DNA of 64,000 nucleotides. Origin: a virus (lineage: Duplodnaviria > Caudoviricetes). The translations under genes were made by a program, and so were the position numbers. Positions 62,583 through 64,000 of this stretch are shown here, piece by piece; position 1 is the stretch's first letter; each line of letters starts with the position of its first letter. The DNA lies in the IMG/VR virus record IMGVR_UViG_3300031784_000006. One strand, written 5' to 3'. Below the pieces are notes generated by a model. It had not been told where the DNA came from. It saw nothing but the letters and a program-made list of their open reading frames with translations, and did not search any database.

Positions 62583-64000
62583 GCTACCAAAGAAATAAAT
62601 TCTCCTAATACTTTTTTATTTAGTTTTTTAGTCTTCAAAGACTTTACAAAAGCGGACTTGATTTGAGACTTTGTTGCATCTTCAGCAACTTCAAACTCAG
62701 ATTCCTGAGAAAGTGCGGTTGCAGACAACCCAAAATATGCATCATAACCAGACTTAGTAATAGTGAAGCTTTTCACTTTCTTCCAATCATTCTGGATTTT
62801 TTCATACTGATTATCATTATGAGAATGGTAGAGTTGAATAAATCGGTTTGCATTGCGAGGTTCAAGAACACGAATACCAATAAAGTTTGTAGAAGAGAAC
62901 TTGTCCTTCAGATTCCTTAGAAGAGTATCGGTAAAATCATGATACCCATAACCAATCTTATATGTAGTTCCAAGTTTACGATCGCGAATAAAAGTATTAT
63001 GTGGATTAATATATCCAGTTCCAAGAAAGGGGGTTTTTTCCCAATGCCTTTTAACTTCTCGATGATAAACTAATTGACTTGCTTCACCATCAGTCAGAAC
63101 AATACACTGAACTTTTTGCAGTTTGTTCTCTTTCTGAAACCTAGGAAGAATTTGATGAAGGGTAATCAGTGCTTCATTTAGAGGAGTTCCCGAAAGACTA
63201 AGACGATTAGAGTATGTATAAGGAGAACTATAAGTCCTACCAAAACAATAAGCAAGACGCCAAATGTTAAGAATCTGATGTTCTAACTCTTTACCAGAAA
63301 CTTTGCTAGTAAGCATATTCATCATGGAGAAAGTTTCATCCACAACCAAAAGACCATCTTTCTTCTCATAATGAGGAGTACGGTCTGCAGCAAAATAACG
63401 GTCATTCTCATAATCATACTCACCACGACGCCACTCATTGGTGAAAGCATAAACCTCAAAAGGAATGGAAATTTTCTTGCAGAACCAAACAAGATTAAAG
63501 AGTTGCTTGCAAGTATCAAGCATCACTTCAGCCATAGAACCACTCCAGTCCAGAACAAATACCAGACCATGATTCTTACCATCAGGAATCACAGAAACTT
63601 TCTTGAACAGGTCTTCATTGTACTTGTAGGTATGAAGACGAGTAGTATCAAGAACACCAGTTCGAGCAGTTGAAGAACGAGCGTACTGGTCTGCTGCTTT
63701 GCGACATTCAAACTCTTTCACCAGATAGTTGACCTCTTTTTGAGCAGAAGACTTAAACTTCTTAAACTCAATATCAACTTCTTTATAAAGATTTACTGGA
63801 GCATATCCTCTATCTTTTGCATGTTCATTATGAAGTTTCTGTTGATGAGAAAAAGAGTCATCAATATCCTTATGAACATCATAGTTCTTACCAATAATAG
63901 TTTCAAGATTTACTTTAGGAATCTCAATGTACGTATTCTCATAGTCATCGTTTCCAACAAGATCACGAATCTTATCTTCCAGAGATTCTGCAGTGCGAAC
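62579..64000 (-). CDS. CobT-like vWA protein, 5'-partial (open to the window edge)
   Basis: LDWSGSM MIDAS; SGTPLNE; LTDGE; frame stays open from 63721 to 64000. Confidence 0.88.
   Translation of the reverse strand, partial: VRTAESLEDKIRDLVGNDDYENTYIEIPKVNLETIIGKNYDVHKDIDDSFSHQQKLHNEHAKDRGYAPVNLYKEVDIEFKKFKSSAQKEVNYLVKEFECRKAADQYARSSTARTGVLDTTRLHTYKYNEDLFKKVSVIPDGKNHGLVFVLDWSGSMAEVMLDTCKQLFNLVWFCKKISIPFEVYAFTNEWRRGEYDYENDRYFAADRTPHYEKKDGLLVVDETFSMMNMLTSKVSGKELEHQILNIWRLAYCFGRTYSSPYTYSNRLSLSGTPLNEALITLHQILPRFQKENKLQKVQCIVLTDGEASQLVYHREVKRHWEKTPFLGTGYINPHNTFIRDRKLGTTYKIGYGYHDFTDTLLRNLKDKFSSTNFIGIRVLEPRNANRFIQLYHSHNDNQYEKIQNDWKKVKSFTITKSGYDAYFGLSATALSQESEFEVAEDATKSQIKSAFVKSLKTKKLNKKVLGEFISLVA

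Noticed and set aside
1-64000. Stop-codon reassignment
   Set aside because: Core genes are full length in code 11 and no suppressor tRNA was found.

Overview
A 64-kb segment of a large T4-like cyanophage (myovirus), probably infecting a freshwater picocyanobacterium (Cyanobium/Synechococcus-type porin, psbA/psbD, hli, petF). Almost all genes are on the minus strand. Left to right: photosynthesis region (psbD, psbA split by a 258-nt group I intron, three free-standing homing endonucleases); a plus-strand four-gene exported-protein module; lysis genes; redox/photosynthesis auxiliary genes and a SomA-type porin; an 11-kb glycosylation island with nadE; a tRNA array (20 tRNAs, plus tRNA-Ala further right); nrdB/nrdA/primase; modular hypothetical proteins; and the T4 replication core (mazG, gp41, uvsX, gp43, hsp20, regA, gp62, gp44, gp45, cobS, partial cobT-like). 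The most unusual part is the tRNA array: its spacers hold several structured non-coding elements. These include a promoter-driven 58-nt mini-tRNA followed by four hairpins with divergent stems but a conserved AC(C/G)GCCAY loop, a second 70-nt tRNA-shaped RNA with no proper anticodon arm, and a gene block bracketed by 44-bp promoter repeats. All calls are by eye; no searches or folding programs were run.
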